NCBI RefSeq assembly: GCF_026571515.1
Contig: NW_026855873.1
Coordinates: 62,001-126,000, forward strand
Source: Ruditapes philippinarum
Taxonomy: Eukaryota
Reading direction: 5' to 3'
DNA length: 64,000 nt
Shown one piece after another: positions 1 to 11,128 of the stretch. Numbering within the stretch: position 1 is the first letter of the stretch; the number at the start of each line of letters is the position of its first letter. The notes under the pieces are model-generated. The model ran no database searches. It was not told the DNA's origin and saw nothing but the letters and a program-made list of their open reading frames with translations. The position numbers and the translations under genes are program-made.

Positions 1-1116
1 TACTTTCAGGATATAAGTCTTTAATCCCCACAGCTGGGCCAATTTTGATCTCAGGAAGCTCAAACCTCTTTTCTGTACATCATCTTGTTACAAGTAATGT
101 TTCAGCCAAAAAGTTTAAATTTCTTTCGGTTCAATATAAATTCACTCCGGAAACAATGAATAAATTACTATCTATCTTAACCTCCAAGGTTTCAAGGAGT
201 TAAACCTTTCTTTATAAAGGAAATTGCTATTAATTGCTATTAATTTTAAAAATAAAGAGCAAACTCCTTGATAAAGAGAGGTTTAAGGGGAAAGCATGAC
301 AGCTCTACCAAGAAATGTGGTTGGAAATTACAGGTGTCATTACAACTGGGATCAAATTATAAAGTTTATAAAAAGCTAGAAAGGGTCCATTGAGCATGGA
401 TGACCAAACATTTCATTGTTTTGTGCGTCTACAGACGGACAGAGTGACTGACCAACTAGAGCAAATCTATATCCATCAACTAAAAATCAGGACAAGGCCA
501 ATATGTTGGTATTCTGCAAATGAAATTATAACAAATGTCGCTTCGAGCAGGTTGTACTGTATGAATCATTTGATTATCTGACACAATATAAATCATACCA
601 TGTCATTATTGATTAAATATTTGATAAAATTAAATCTGGAGGATTGCCATTCCTTTTTATCTATATAAAACAGGGTGGTAAAAGTAGAATTAAATGACAG
701 TAAAATATTAACGGACAGGTTTATAACAGGTTAAAAACTGTGAAAAAATTTTGAGGATTACTAAAGGTACAATATTTAGATACATATACATATGATAATA
801 ATGCATGAATTACTCCATAAATGTATTTAAAGTAAGTAGAATACTGTTAGCAAATCTTGGTTTTACATTTGACTAGAAATGAGTCCATAGGACACTTATG
901 CCCCAACTTTATTTGCTGTGGTGACTGTAGAATATAATTTATATACAATGTAATAAGGTGCTTTTTTATCAATAGGTAATCTTGTCAAAAGTAGTATATG
1001 CTTCTATATATTTCTAAAGCCATACCTTGTTAGAGATTTAAAGTATATGTCATGTTACAATGCACATTTACTTTTACCTGTAGCTACTCGCTTAGTCTAT
1101 ACTTATTATACTTTAA

Positions 1117-1677
1117 CCTTTAATACCCCATGAGCATATTGTGAAAAATGGCCGTTTTCATTGAAAAGCCTCCTGTTACAGGTTCAAACTGCTATAAAAC
1201 TATGAAAAATGCTTCAATAGTGATGAAACTTGGCACATATGTCGACTGAACCATAACCTCTGTAACAACAGGCTCAATCTTAAATTTCCTGTTACCATGG
1301 CAATGGGGGGACATCTCAAAATTGCGGAAAATAACTATTTTGCATTGTTTTTTTCTATCAAAACTAATTTTAAAGTGCTGCAACTTCTCAATGCAATGAG
1401 ATAGAGTAAAAGGCTTTTCAGCGTTGGTTACACATCACCTTAAGATCAACCTGAGGCTATTTTTAGCCTGTCGCATGTCCAAAATTTTCTTGGTGATGAG
1501 GGGGACTACCACCCCCCTTCAAACCCCGCAAACAGAAGGGGCCACATCACTTTTTTAACAACATTTCTCAAATAAAAAACAGTGTTTGGGGCCTAAATAG
1601 GGCATTTTTTCACTGTTTGAGGCTTCAAAAAGAGGGGGGCAAAAAGTCTTCAAAACAAGTCTATATGAGGGAAAAGG
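1117..1677. mobile_element. piggyBac-like MITE, copy 1
   Basis: TTAA on both sides, CCTTT...AAAGG termini; the body (catgagcatattgtgaaaaatggccgttttcattgaaaagcc...) is shared with the copies at 9171 and 9752. Confidence 0.8.
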
Positions 1678-2040
1678 TTAAGAATGTAAAATTTTTATGA
1701 TTATAGATTTTTTATGATCAAGGAAGTTAACTATGGGATAGCCTTGGTGTATCTTCATGGTTTATATTTTGTTGTATTGAAGGAAGTTTTGTGACTTTGT
1801 TGAAGTGATGTAGTTGAGGTGATCATAATTGATCTGAATTCTGTTTTGTTCCTTGGTTTAATTATATTTGACTGATGCTTGTATGCAACTTATACAAATC
1901 ATCCTCGTCAATATATACATACAAGCCAAAATTTATTAAAATCTAACACAAGAAGACTTATTTTCAAATAAATATTATAGAGCATTCTCTTTTGTGTATA
2001 GTAAACTACATTTAATATTTTGGCTATATATGTACAAAAA

Positions 2041-3119
2041 ACTAGAACTCCGCGAGTCGGATGTGTCGCCTTGTGAACAATATAGTTTAGGAGAAATGGC
2101 CAGGACAAAAATGAAATAAGAAAACTAACAAAGGGCAATAGCTTAAAAAATAATAAGTACAGAGCAGCAGTTTCTATGCACTGCACTTCTTATCAATAGG
2201 ATCTATCATTCTATGAAGTTTCAAGTCCATAACTTTTATAATTTATGAGAAATGGCCTGAACAAAAGTAAAATATGAAAATATATAAAGGGTAATAACTC
2301 AAAAATAAGAAATGCAGAGTACCGGTTCTTGTACACTGCACTTTTTCTTAATGAGATCTATCATCCTATGAAGTTTCATGTCTATAGCTTTCATACTTGA
2401 GGAGAAATGACCTGGACAAAAATAAAGTAAGAAAATAAACAAAGGGCAATAACTCAAAAAATAAGAAATGCAGAGTACCGGTTCTTGTACACTGCACTTT
2501 TTCTTAATGAGATCTATCATCCTATGAAGTTTCATGTCCATAGCTTTCATACTTGAGGAGAAATGACCTGGACAAAAATAAGGTATGAAAATTAACAAAG
2601 GGCAATAACTCAAAAAATAAGAAATGCAGAGTACCGGTTCTTGTGCACTGCACTTCTTCTTAATGAGATCTATCATCCTATGAAGTTTCAAGTACATAGC
2701 TGTTATACATTAGGAGAAATGGCCCGGACAAAAATAAAGTATGAAAATTAACAAAGGGAAATAACTCAAAAATCAGGAAGTGCAGAGTACTGATTCTTGT
2801 GCACTGCACTTCTTTTTAATGAGATCTATCATCGTATGAAGTTTCAAGTCCATAGCTGTTATACATTAGGAGAAATGGCCCGGACAAAATTAAAGTATGA
2901 AAATTTACAAAGGGCAATAACTCAAAAATTAAGAAGTGCAGAGTTGTGCACTGCACTTCGTGTTATTGAAAGAAGCTTGCATACCAAGTTTGAAGTCGAT
3001 CCGACTTAAAGTGACTGAGTTATGCTCTGGACAAGCTTTAGGGGACGCCGACAACGACGCCGACACAGACGCCGACAAAAGTAATCCCTATATGTCGCCT
3101 TTTGAAGGCGACACAAAAA
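2041..3119 (+). mobile_element. Helentron/HINE-like non-autonomous element with an internal 156-bp tandem array (about 5.5 units)
   Basis: aagtttca recurs at 2216, 2371, 2527, 2683 and 2839. Also a 5' subterminal tgtcgcc, a gacgcc microsatellite near 3043-3075, and a 3' hairpin tgtcgcc-ttttgaa-ggcgaca before an A-run. Confidence 0.75.
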
Positions 3120-3202
3120 CCCTACCAACTCTACTATTTTTTTCCCTTAAAATGTTTCTGTTTAAAAATTAATGACTGTCTATAATACATTTCAGGTTAA
3201 AC

Positions 3203-4978
3203 ATGGCTGAAAAAAAGAAATCACTATCAAAAAAATTAACAGCATCGAAATCATTATCATCATCAACATCTTCAACATTTTCCACAGCATCAGATGAAGA
3301 TCTTAAAGTTTATTGCCAGTCTTGTGTTAGGGAAGGAGCTAAACTTCCTGCCCATGGTTACTGCACAGTTTGTAAGGAGCATCTTTGCAAGACATGTTTT
3401 AATGTTCACAAAAAGCATAAACTGTCGAGACACCACACTCTTTTGGATGCAAAAAGGATGCCTATATCCTTAAATCAATTTTCAGCATCCATAAATATAA
3501 GCCAGCATTATGACCTGACCCAACCCTGCACTATGCATTCAAAAGAGAAGATCAAGTACTACTGTCATGACCATAAGGAGTTACTCTGCAGTGTTTGTGT
3601 TACCCTTAAACATCCAAATACTGTCTGCGAAGTCAACTATATACCAGATATTTCAAGTAATATTATTGACAGCAAAGAATATCAAGATATGTTAAAAGCT
3701 ATAAAAACCACTGCTGACGAATGTAGAAATAAAGTGAAAGATATCAGGGGCATGACAGGCAAATCCAACAACTCTTTGAAAGATGTATTGGCAGATATCA
3801 AAAAGTATCGACAAGAAATCAACCAAATTCTAGATGAACTGGAAAAACAAGCTGAAGATATAGCAAAATTAGCAGAACAAGATGACGAAAAATCATTGAA
3901 GGCAGTGGTAACATCACTGGATGATTTAACCAAAACTCTGGAGACATCATCAGACACTCTTAAACAACTCAACACATCAAAACAGGCTGATAAACTGTTT
4001 CTGGAACTAAAACTTGCAGAGAAAACAAAGAAAGATGTTGAAGAAAATATGTTGAAGCTTACATCACATGATGTCAAATACATTTTTAACCCAAACAAGG
4101 CAATACTTACCCTTCTTAAAAAAGAGAAGTCTTTGGGTTCACTGACACAAAGATATAAAAAATCTCTTTCTAAATCGGTGCTGAAAAAATCAAGGCAGGC
4201 ATCACATCAGAGCACACTTTGTGTAAAAACACCAAAAGATAAATATGAATGCTTGGTAAGTGCGATGATTTTCTTCACTCCTGATTGCCTTATCATTTCT
4301 GACTACCTAAACAAGGCATTAAAGGTGGTGGATACCAGTACTAAGTCAGTCACTGATCAATTACAGCTAGATGGTAAACCTTGGGATATCACCAAAATAA
4401 CCAATACAGAACTTGCTGTCACATTTTCTTTAAAACAAACCATTCAATTTATATCAATCTCTAATAACAAACTCAGAAAGAACCGCACTTTAAAGGTTGA
4501 CGGAGTATGTCATGGAGTAGGCTGTTACCTAGGTAAACTTGTTGTGTCATTCTGTGACCCAGCAAAAGTCCAGATTATTGATATGAATGACACTGTTCTT
4601 TCAACAATTGATGGAGAAACAAAATTCAAAAATCCACAGCACATCCTGACAAACAGTCATTCTATCTATGTGTCTGATTTGGAATTGAGAAGGGTAGTAC
4701 AATTAAGCTGGCAAGGTAAGATGAACGGCAGCTACGGAGTTCAGGGAAACCCATGTGGAATAGCACTGTCAGATGATGGAACTGTCTTTGTGTGTGATGA
4801 TAAAAGGAATGTTATAGAAGAGATATCAGGAGATTGTTCTAAGGGGGAGGTTTTACATGAGGATCTGAAGAGTCCCCAGGCTGTGTGTTGGCATAGTGAA
4901 ACCAGGATGCTGTATTACAGCTGTTATTGTCATGATGAATGCTATGACAACTACATTCACATCTATAAATACTCATAA
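3203..4978 (+). CDS. TRIM-like protein without RING: B-box1, B-box2, coiled coil, C-terminal NHL/six-bladed beta-propeller (bivalve-expanded family)
   Basis: 591-aa ORF. B-box1: CQSC...GYCTVCKEHLCKTCFNVHKKHKLSRHH. B-box2: CTMHSKEKIKYYCHDHKELLCSVCVTLKH. These are followed by a helical coiled coil and propeller repeats (PWDIT..., PCGIALSDDGTVFVCD). A splice acceptor tttcag at 3190-3195 just before the ATG implies an upstream non-coding exon. Confidence 0.9.
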   Translation: MAEKKKSLSKKLTASKSLSSSTSSTFSTASDEDLKVYCQSCVREGAKLPAHGYCTVCKEHLCKTCFNVHKKHKLSRHHTLLDAKRMPISLNQFSASINISQHYDLTQPCTMHSKEKIKYYCHDHKELLCSVCVTLKHPNTVCEVNYIPDISSNIIDSKEYQDMLKAIKTTADECRNKVKDIRGMTGKSNNSLKDVLADIKKYRQEINQILDELEKQAEDIAKLAEQDDEKSLKAVVTSLDDLTKTLETSSDTLKQLNTSKQADKLFLELKLAEKTKKDVEENMLKLTSHDVKYIFNPNKAILTLLKKEKSLGSLTQRYKKSLSKSVLKKSRQASHQSTLCVKTPKDKYECLVSAMIFFTPDCLIISDYLNKALKVVDTSTKSVTDQLQLDGKPWDITKITNTELAVTFSLKQTIQFISISNNKLRKNRTLKVDGVCHGVGCYLGKLVVSFCDPAKVQIIDMNDTVLSTIDGETKFKNPQHILTNSHSIYVSDLELRRVVQLSWQGKMNGSYGVQGNPCGIALSDDGTVFVCDDKRNVIEEISGDCSKGEVLHEDLKSPQAVCWHSETRMLYYSCYCHDECYDNYIHIYKYS

Positions 4979-5219
4979 ACATAGGAAACAGTAGGTGAAA
5001 ATCATAGAATAAACATACTCAATATGCACTGATTGTAACTATGTGTATATATATATTTGTTAACTATAAACACAGAAGATGACAAGAACATACCCTTAAG
5101 AACATATCTGCAAAGACATATAAACAATTTGTACAAAAAAGGTATGAAAATAGAGCAAAACGGAATCCCTAAAGAACGCCCCAAAACGACAAAATTATAT
5201 GTAACCATGAGTGAATGTT

Positions 5220-5510
5220 AACAAGAGCTGTCGATAGGACAGCTCAGTGCTTGATAGTAAAACAAGAGCCTGAATATGTAAAAATTAACAAAGAGGAAGA
5301 TTTCATTAAAAAAATTACAAATAATTTACATGACTTAGTTATGAGTCTTGGAAAGTGACCTCCTATTATGATTTATAAAAAGTGTATGATGTTTCAAGCA
5401 AATTTCTTTAATGGTTGATGAGATACGAAGTTGCATGCAAACTTTAACTGAAGTGTTACCAAGGGGTGAGTGGTGTAGCCCTACTGTTCTTTGAATAGTC
5501 GAGCTAAAAA
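5220..5510 (+). mobile_element. Degenerate short relative of the 21419-21857 element
   Basis: Same termini: aacaagagctgtcgataggacag... and ...gaatagtcgagctaaaaa. Confidence 0.6.
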
Positions 5511-5750
5511 ATTTAAACTCCTGAAAAATTGCAGCCGAGTGGCATGGGTTCCAAGCGAGTCAAGGGCAAAGTTCTGGTGAGGTGCCCAGGCAAAAGTCTC
5601 CTTTAAGGTAGTACACCCCTAATACACTATCTCCACTTTGAAGAATATTCAAATAGGCTAGAATCACTGTCAAGTGTATTGAAACTGAGGAGGGTGGATT
5701 CAAACCCCAGAAGGGGCAACTTTTTTTCTTTCTTTTTTTTTTTCTTTTTA

Positions 5751-6245
5751 CAGGGCTGCCAACAGCAAATTGCAAAATCAGCGGAAAATACGCCGGGGGT
5801 CAAGGGGGCTGCGCAAGCCCCCTTTGCAGGTCCAGGGCAGAGCCCTGGTGGGGGACCAGGGGGCAAAGCCCCCTGGAAGCTCCTGCATTCTGATGATTTG
5901 GTATGCCCTAAAATCAATTTCCTGGACTCTAAATTTGACAAATATCCGACATTTTGACGCATTTTGACAACAGACAAGAGTGACAATGTAAACTGTAATT
6001 TGATTGGTTATTCTTAAATAGAATACCGGAAAAGACTCGATATGACCAATGAGAAAAGCGCTTACAGACGTACCATAGGCGGCTAGCGTAACGATAAAAG
6101 CCGAAGTGTGCCGGTTTTTGGGTACTGTATAAAATATGACGAATGAATTTATTGTCTTTGTCGAATTTACATCGATCTCAAAAATGACCCAGGAGCTCAC
6201 GAAATCCGCGGATTTCCGCGGATCCGCAGAAAATCGGCAGCCCTG
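5751..6245. mobile_element. TIR MITE with CAGGG termini (hAT-like), apparent 6-bp TSD
   Basis: CAGGGCTGCC...GGCAGCCCTG, flanked by TTTTTA on both sides; GC-rich interior. Confidence 0.75.
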
Positions 6246-6715
6246 TTTTTAACATTTTTTTATGAATCTCTCAGATCCCTAATAGAAGAAAAAAAAGTTT
6301 CATTTTAATTATATAATTATTGTAGGTATTTATTTGCTACATAATGCCTATTTTAATAGCAAATATGATACCAGATATTTTCAAAGTTTAATAAAATAAA
6401 AACTACACGGTAAAAGTATTTTATATTTTGCAAGACCAACCAATATACCTTTAAGAAAATTTAGGCAAACTTTGAAAACAGCCCCTGATTATGGTTATTT
6501 TTAGGGATATTTTGAATGAGGCTTTTTACATAGGGAAATGGTCAATTAAGTGTTTAGAGTGGGTGGGGTAGGGCTACGTTTTTATACATATTAAAAACAT
6601 TTCGTTTAAAAACAATCATTTTGCTCATATAATTTATTACCTGAATGTCATTATTTGTTTCTTAACAATGAGCAATAGGAAAACATTTTCCCTCATGAGT
6701 TCCCTCATTTCTGAA

Positions 6716-9003
6716 AAACAAGAGGGCCATGATGGCCCTAGATCGCTCACCTGACTTATCAAACTCATCCAAACAATTACCTAGACAAGCATTCTGACCA
6801 AGTCTCATGACAGGTGAGTCAAAAATGTGACCACTACAGTGTTAACAAGGATTATCCATATTTGAGCAGTGCGACCTAGTTTTTTACCCAGGTGACACAT
6901 ATTCAAACTTGACCTAGAAATCATCAAAACAAACTTTCAAACCAATTTCCAGGATACTTGGATCAAAACAGTAGCAACTACAGTGTTAACAAGATTTTTC
7001 TTTTTTTAGCTCCGATGACCTAGTTTCACATGTGATTTCGAACTCCTCCAAGCAATTACCTAGACAAGCATCCTGACCAAGTTTGATGATAATTGAGTTG
7101 AAAATGTGACCACTAGAATGTTAGAATGAACAGAATATTTGGATCACAACAGTTAAGAGGGTTAACAAGATTTTTCTATTTTTAGCTCCTGTGACCTAGT
7201 TTTTCATCCGAGATGACCCATGTTCGAACTCATCCGAGCTATCACCTAGACAAGCATCTTGACCAAGTTTGATGATGATTGATGCAAAAATGTGACCGCT
7301 AGAGTGTTAACAAGGTTTTTCTATTTTTAGCTCCGGTGACCTACTTTTTCATCCGAGATGACCCATGTTCGAACTCATCCGAGCTATCAACTAGATAAGC
7401 ATCCTGACCAAGTTTGATGATGATTGAGGCAAAAATGTGACCTCTAGAGTGTTAACATGGTTTTTCTATTTTTAGCTCCGGTGACCTAGTTTTTCATCCG
7501 AGATGACCCATGTTCGAACTCATCCGAGCTTTCACTTAGACAAGCATCTTGACCAAGTTTGATGATGACTGATGCAAAAATGTGACTGCTAGAGTGTTAA
7601 CAAGGTTTTTCTATTTTTAGCTCCGGTGACCTACTTTTTCATCCGAGATGACCCATGTTCGAACTCATCCGAGCTATCAACTAGATAAGCATCCTGACCA
7701 AGTTTGATGATGATTGATGCAAAAATGTGACCGCTAGAGTGTTAACAAGGTTTTTCTATTTTTAGCTCCTGTGACCTACTTTTTCATCCGAGATGACCCA
7801 TGTTCGAACTCATCCGAGCTATCACCTAGACAAACATCCTGACCAAGTTTGATGATGATTGATGCAAAAATGTGACCGCTAGAGTGTTAACAAGGTTTTT
7901 CTATTTTTAGCTCCGGTGACCTACTTTTTCATCCGAGATGACCCATGTTAGAACTCATCCGAGCTATCACCTAGACAAACATCCTGACCAAGTTTGATGA
8001 TGATTGAGGCAAAAATGTGACCTCTAGAGTGTTAACAAGGTTTTTCTATTTTTAGCTCTTGTGACCTAGTTTCTCATCCGAGATGACCCATGTTCGAACT
8101 CATCCGAGCTATCAACTAGATAAGCATCCTGACCAAGTTTGATGATGATTGAGGCAAAATTGTGACCTCTAGAGTGTTAACATGGTTTTTCTATTTTTAG
8201 CTCTGGTGACCTAGTTTTTCATCCGAGATGACCCATGTTCGAACTCATCCGAGCTTTCACTTAGACAAGCATCTTGACCAAGTTTGATGATGACTGATGC
8301 AAAAATGTGACTGCTAGAGTGTTAACAAGGTTTTTCTATTTTTAGCTCCGGTGACCTACTTTTTCATCCGAGATGACCCATGTTCGAACTCATCCGAGCT
8401 ATCAACTAGATAAGCATCCTGACCAAGTTTGATGATGATTGATGCAAAAATGTGACCGCTAGAGTGTTAACAAGGTTTTTCTATTTTTAGCTCCGGTGAC
8501 CTACTTTTTCATCCGAGATGACCCATGTTTGAACTCATCCGAGCTATCACCTAGACAAACATCCTGACCAAGTTTGATGATGATTGATGCAAAAATGTGA
8601 CCGCTAGAGTGTTAACAAGGTTTTTCTATTTTTAGCTCCGGTGACCTACTTTTTCATCCGAGATGACCCATGTTCGAACTCATCCGAGCTATCACCTAGA
8701 CAAACATCCTGACCAAGTTTGATGATGATTGAGGCAAAAATGTGACCTCTAGAGTGTTAACAAGGTTTTTCTATTTTTAGCTCTTGTGACCTAGTTTCTC
8801 ATCCGAGATGACCCATGTTCGAACTCATCCGAGCTATCAACTAGATAAGCATCCTGACCAAGTTTGATGATGATTGAGGCAAAAATGTGACCGCTAGAGT
8901 GTTAACAACTAAATGTGAACGGACGACGGACGGACGACGGACGGACGACGGACAATCATCGATCCTAAAAGCTCACCCTGAGCATGCTCAGGTGAGCTAA
9001 AAA
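6716..9003 (+). mobile_element. Helentron/HINE-like element carrying a 145-bp satellite array (12 near-identical units plus about 3 diverged)
   Basis: gatgaccca recurs every 145 bp from 7212 to 8807. Also a 5' subterminal gctcacctga, a gacggac microsatellite at about 8920-8953, and a 3' hairpin gctcaccctgagcatgctcaggtgagc. Confidence 0.85.
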
Positions 9004-9170
9004 GCTCTTCTAATGGCAAAGTTTTATTTCAGAAAAATGTCCATAACTCATTAACCACACGGTAAATTGTGTTTAAATTTTGCATACAGGTGACATTTAA
9101 GGCATATAACTGTCCTAAGTTGTCAATTTTACAGTTACTTATAGTGCCCATTAGGGGAATTCTACCTTAA

Positions 9171-9626
9171 CCCTTTCCCTCATGAGCATATTGTGAAAAA
9201 TGGCTGTTTTCATTGAAAAGCCTCCTGTTACAAGTTCAAACTGCTATGAAACTATGAAAAATGCTTCAATACTAATCAAACTTGGCACAGATGTTGACTG
9301 GACCATTGCCTTTGTAATGACATGCTCAGTCTTAAATTTCCTGTTACCAAGGCAAAGAGGGGACGTCTCAAAATTGCCAAAAATCACTATTTTGACTTTT
9401 TCAATCAAATTTATTTCAAAGTGCTGCAACTTCTCAATGGATTGAGATAGAGTCAAAGGCTTTTCAGCATTGGTTACACGTTACCTTATGATCAACCTGG
9501 GGTCATTTTTAGCCTCTCACAAGTTCAAAATTTTCTTGGCAAATAGGACATTTTTTCACTATTTGAGGCCTAAAAGAGGGAGGGGGGTGGAATGTGTGTT
9601 GTGTCACGTATATATGAAGTAAAGGG
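9171..9626. mobile_element. piggyBac-like MITE, copy 2
   Basis: TTAA|CCCTTT...AAAGGG|TTAA; same family as 1117-1677, with an internal deletion. Confidence 0.85.
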
Positions 9627-9751
9627 TTAACAAAAAATGATGAAGAACCTTGGAATTACCCAAAATCTAGTTTTCCATGTTAACATGTGGCCTTTCCCCT
9701 AATTTTGGTGAAAATTTGTTGTTTTGTAACATATTTATTTTTTTTAGTTAA

Positions 9752-10245
9752 CCCTTTCCCTTATGAGCATATTGTGAAAAATGGCCGTTTTCATTGAAAA
9801 GCCTCCTGTTACAAGTTCAAACTGCTATGAAACTATGAAAAATGCTTCAATACTAATCAAACTTGGCACAAAAATTGACTGGACCATTGCCTTTGTAACA
9901 ACATGCTCAGTCTTTAATTTCCTGTTACCATGGCAACGAGGGTATGTCTCAAAATTGCCAAAAATCACTATTTTGCATTGACTTTTTCAATCGAAATTGA
10001 TTTCAAAGTGCTGCAACTTCTCAATGGATTGAGATAGAGTCAAAGGCTTTTCAACGTTGGTTAAATGTTACCTTATGATTGACCTGGGGTCATTTTTAAC
10101 GCGAAAAAGTGCTCATTTTTTTAGCAACATTTCTCAAATGAAAACATGTGTTTGGGGCCCAAATAGGACATTTTTTCACTATTTGAGGCCTTAAAGAGGG
10201 AGGGGGTGGAAAGTGCGTTGTTTTGCGTATATATGAGGTAAAGGG
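9752..10245. mobile_element. piggyBac-like MITE, copy 3
   Basis: TTAA|CCCTTT...AAAGGG|TTAA; same family and orientation as the other two copies. Confidence 0.85.
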
Positions 10246-11128
10246 TTAAGCTGTGAAAAATAACAAAAAAGATGACCTTAAAAAGCATCTGAAATACATT
10301 TATACAACTTTTCCTGCATTGGGTTTCTTTCCAAAGTGTCAGAGATTATTTTATTTGTTATGTTTTAATATATTTTTTTTTCACTATTAGGAGCTAGTGC
10401 TTTATTTTTTCTTTTTTTTCCCCCACAAATATAGTTTAAATATGTATTTTCAAGGTAGATATATCAATTAGATCTCAATCAAATTTTGCAGCATATCACC
10501 ATCATCTTGCGCCACAAATTGCGAAATGAATAGTAAAGATAATTTGGGGAGTGATCAAAAAGGTTTCTTGTGTCCAGTAATCAGATCATACAGAATTGAA
10601 AAATAGAAACATTTTCAATGCTAGAAAATTAGTGAAGTCCATTTTATTCCAGAGAAAAAAATGAGGAGAAAAAAACAACATGTAATTCAAACATTTTTCT
10701 ATATGGAAACCAAATTCAAGTACTTTTTGAGGCCATTGACAATATTTTTGTACCACCCAAGGTTAATTTCAAATCATGTAATGAGTTTTATCAAAATCTA
10801 CCCATCAGTGTAGGAGACATCAGCTAAGGTTAACAACTTCTTTCTCTAACTCTATTAGTTATCTTATTCAGCAGAAAAAGGCTTTTTTAGCTATTTCTGT
10901 AGGGGACTGTCAAGTGATCATTCCTACGTTTTGTGTTTCATCTCAACTGACTACTTAACCAAATACCAGACAAATACCTACCACATTAACTCACTTGAGC
11001 GTAAGCATGCTCAATTTAGCTAAAAATATACATCATAAATGCCTATTGCTTTAAATCTATAAACACCACCACAAGTTTTTGATTAGGCAATTTGTTCAGA
11101 CATTTCACATGTCACTACAATATCTCAC

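Noticed and set aside
2299-3172. ORFs with 52-aa repeats (2299-2697 and neighbours)
   Set aside because: They are a by-product of the 156-bp tandem unit (divisible by 3) in a non-autonomous element.
3682-4098. 138-aa antisense ORF
   Set aside because: Shadow of the coiled-coil coding region on the opposite strand.
5560-6200. Cluster of overlapping ORFs on both strands
   Set aside because: They arise from the GC-rich interior of a TIR MITE and show no protein-like features.
7212-8910. CRISPR-like regular array
   Set aside because: Units are contiguous 145-bp monomers without unique spacers, there are no cas genes, and the context is eukaryotic; it is a satellite in a mobile element.
9200-9981. 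Duplicated small ORFs MAVFIEKPPVTSSNC...
   Set aside because: They lie inside piggyBac-like MITE copies, have different stops in each copy and lack transposase motifs.
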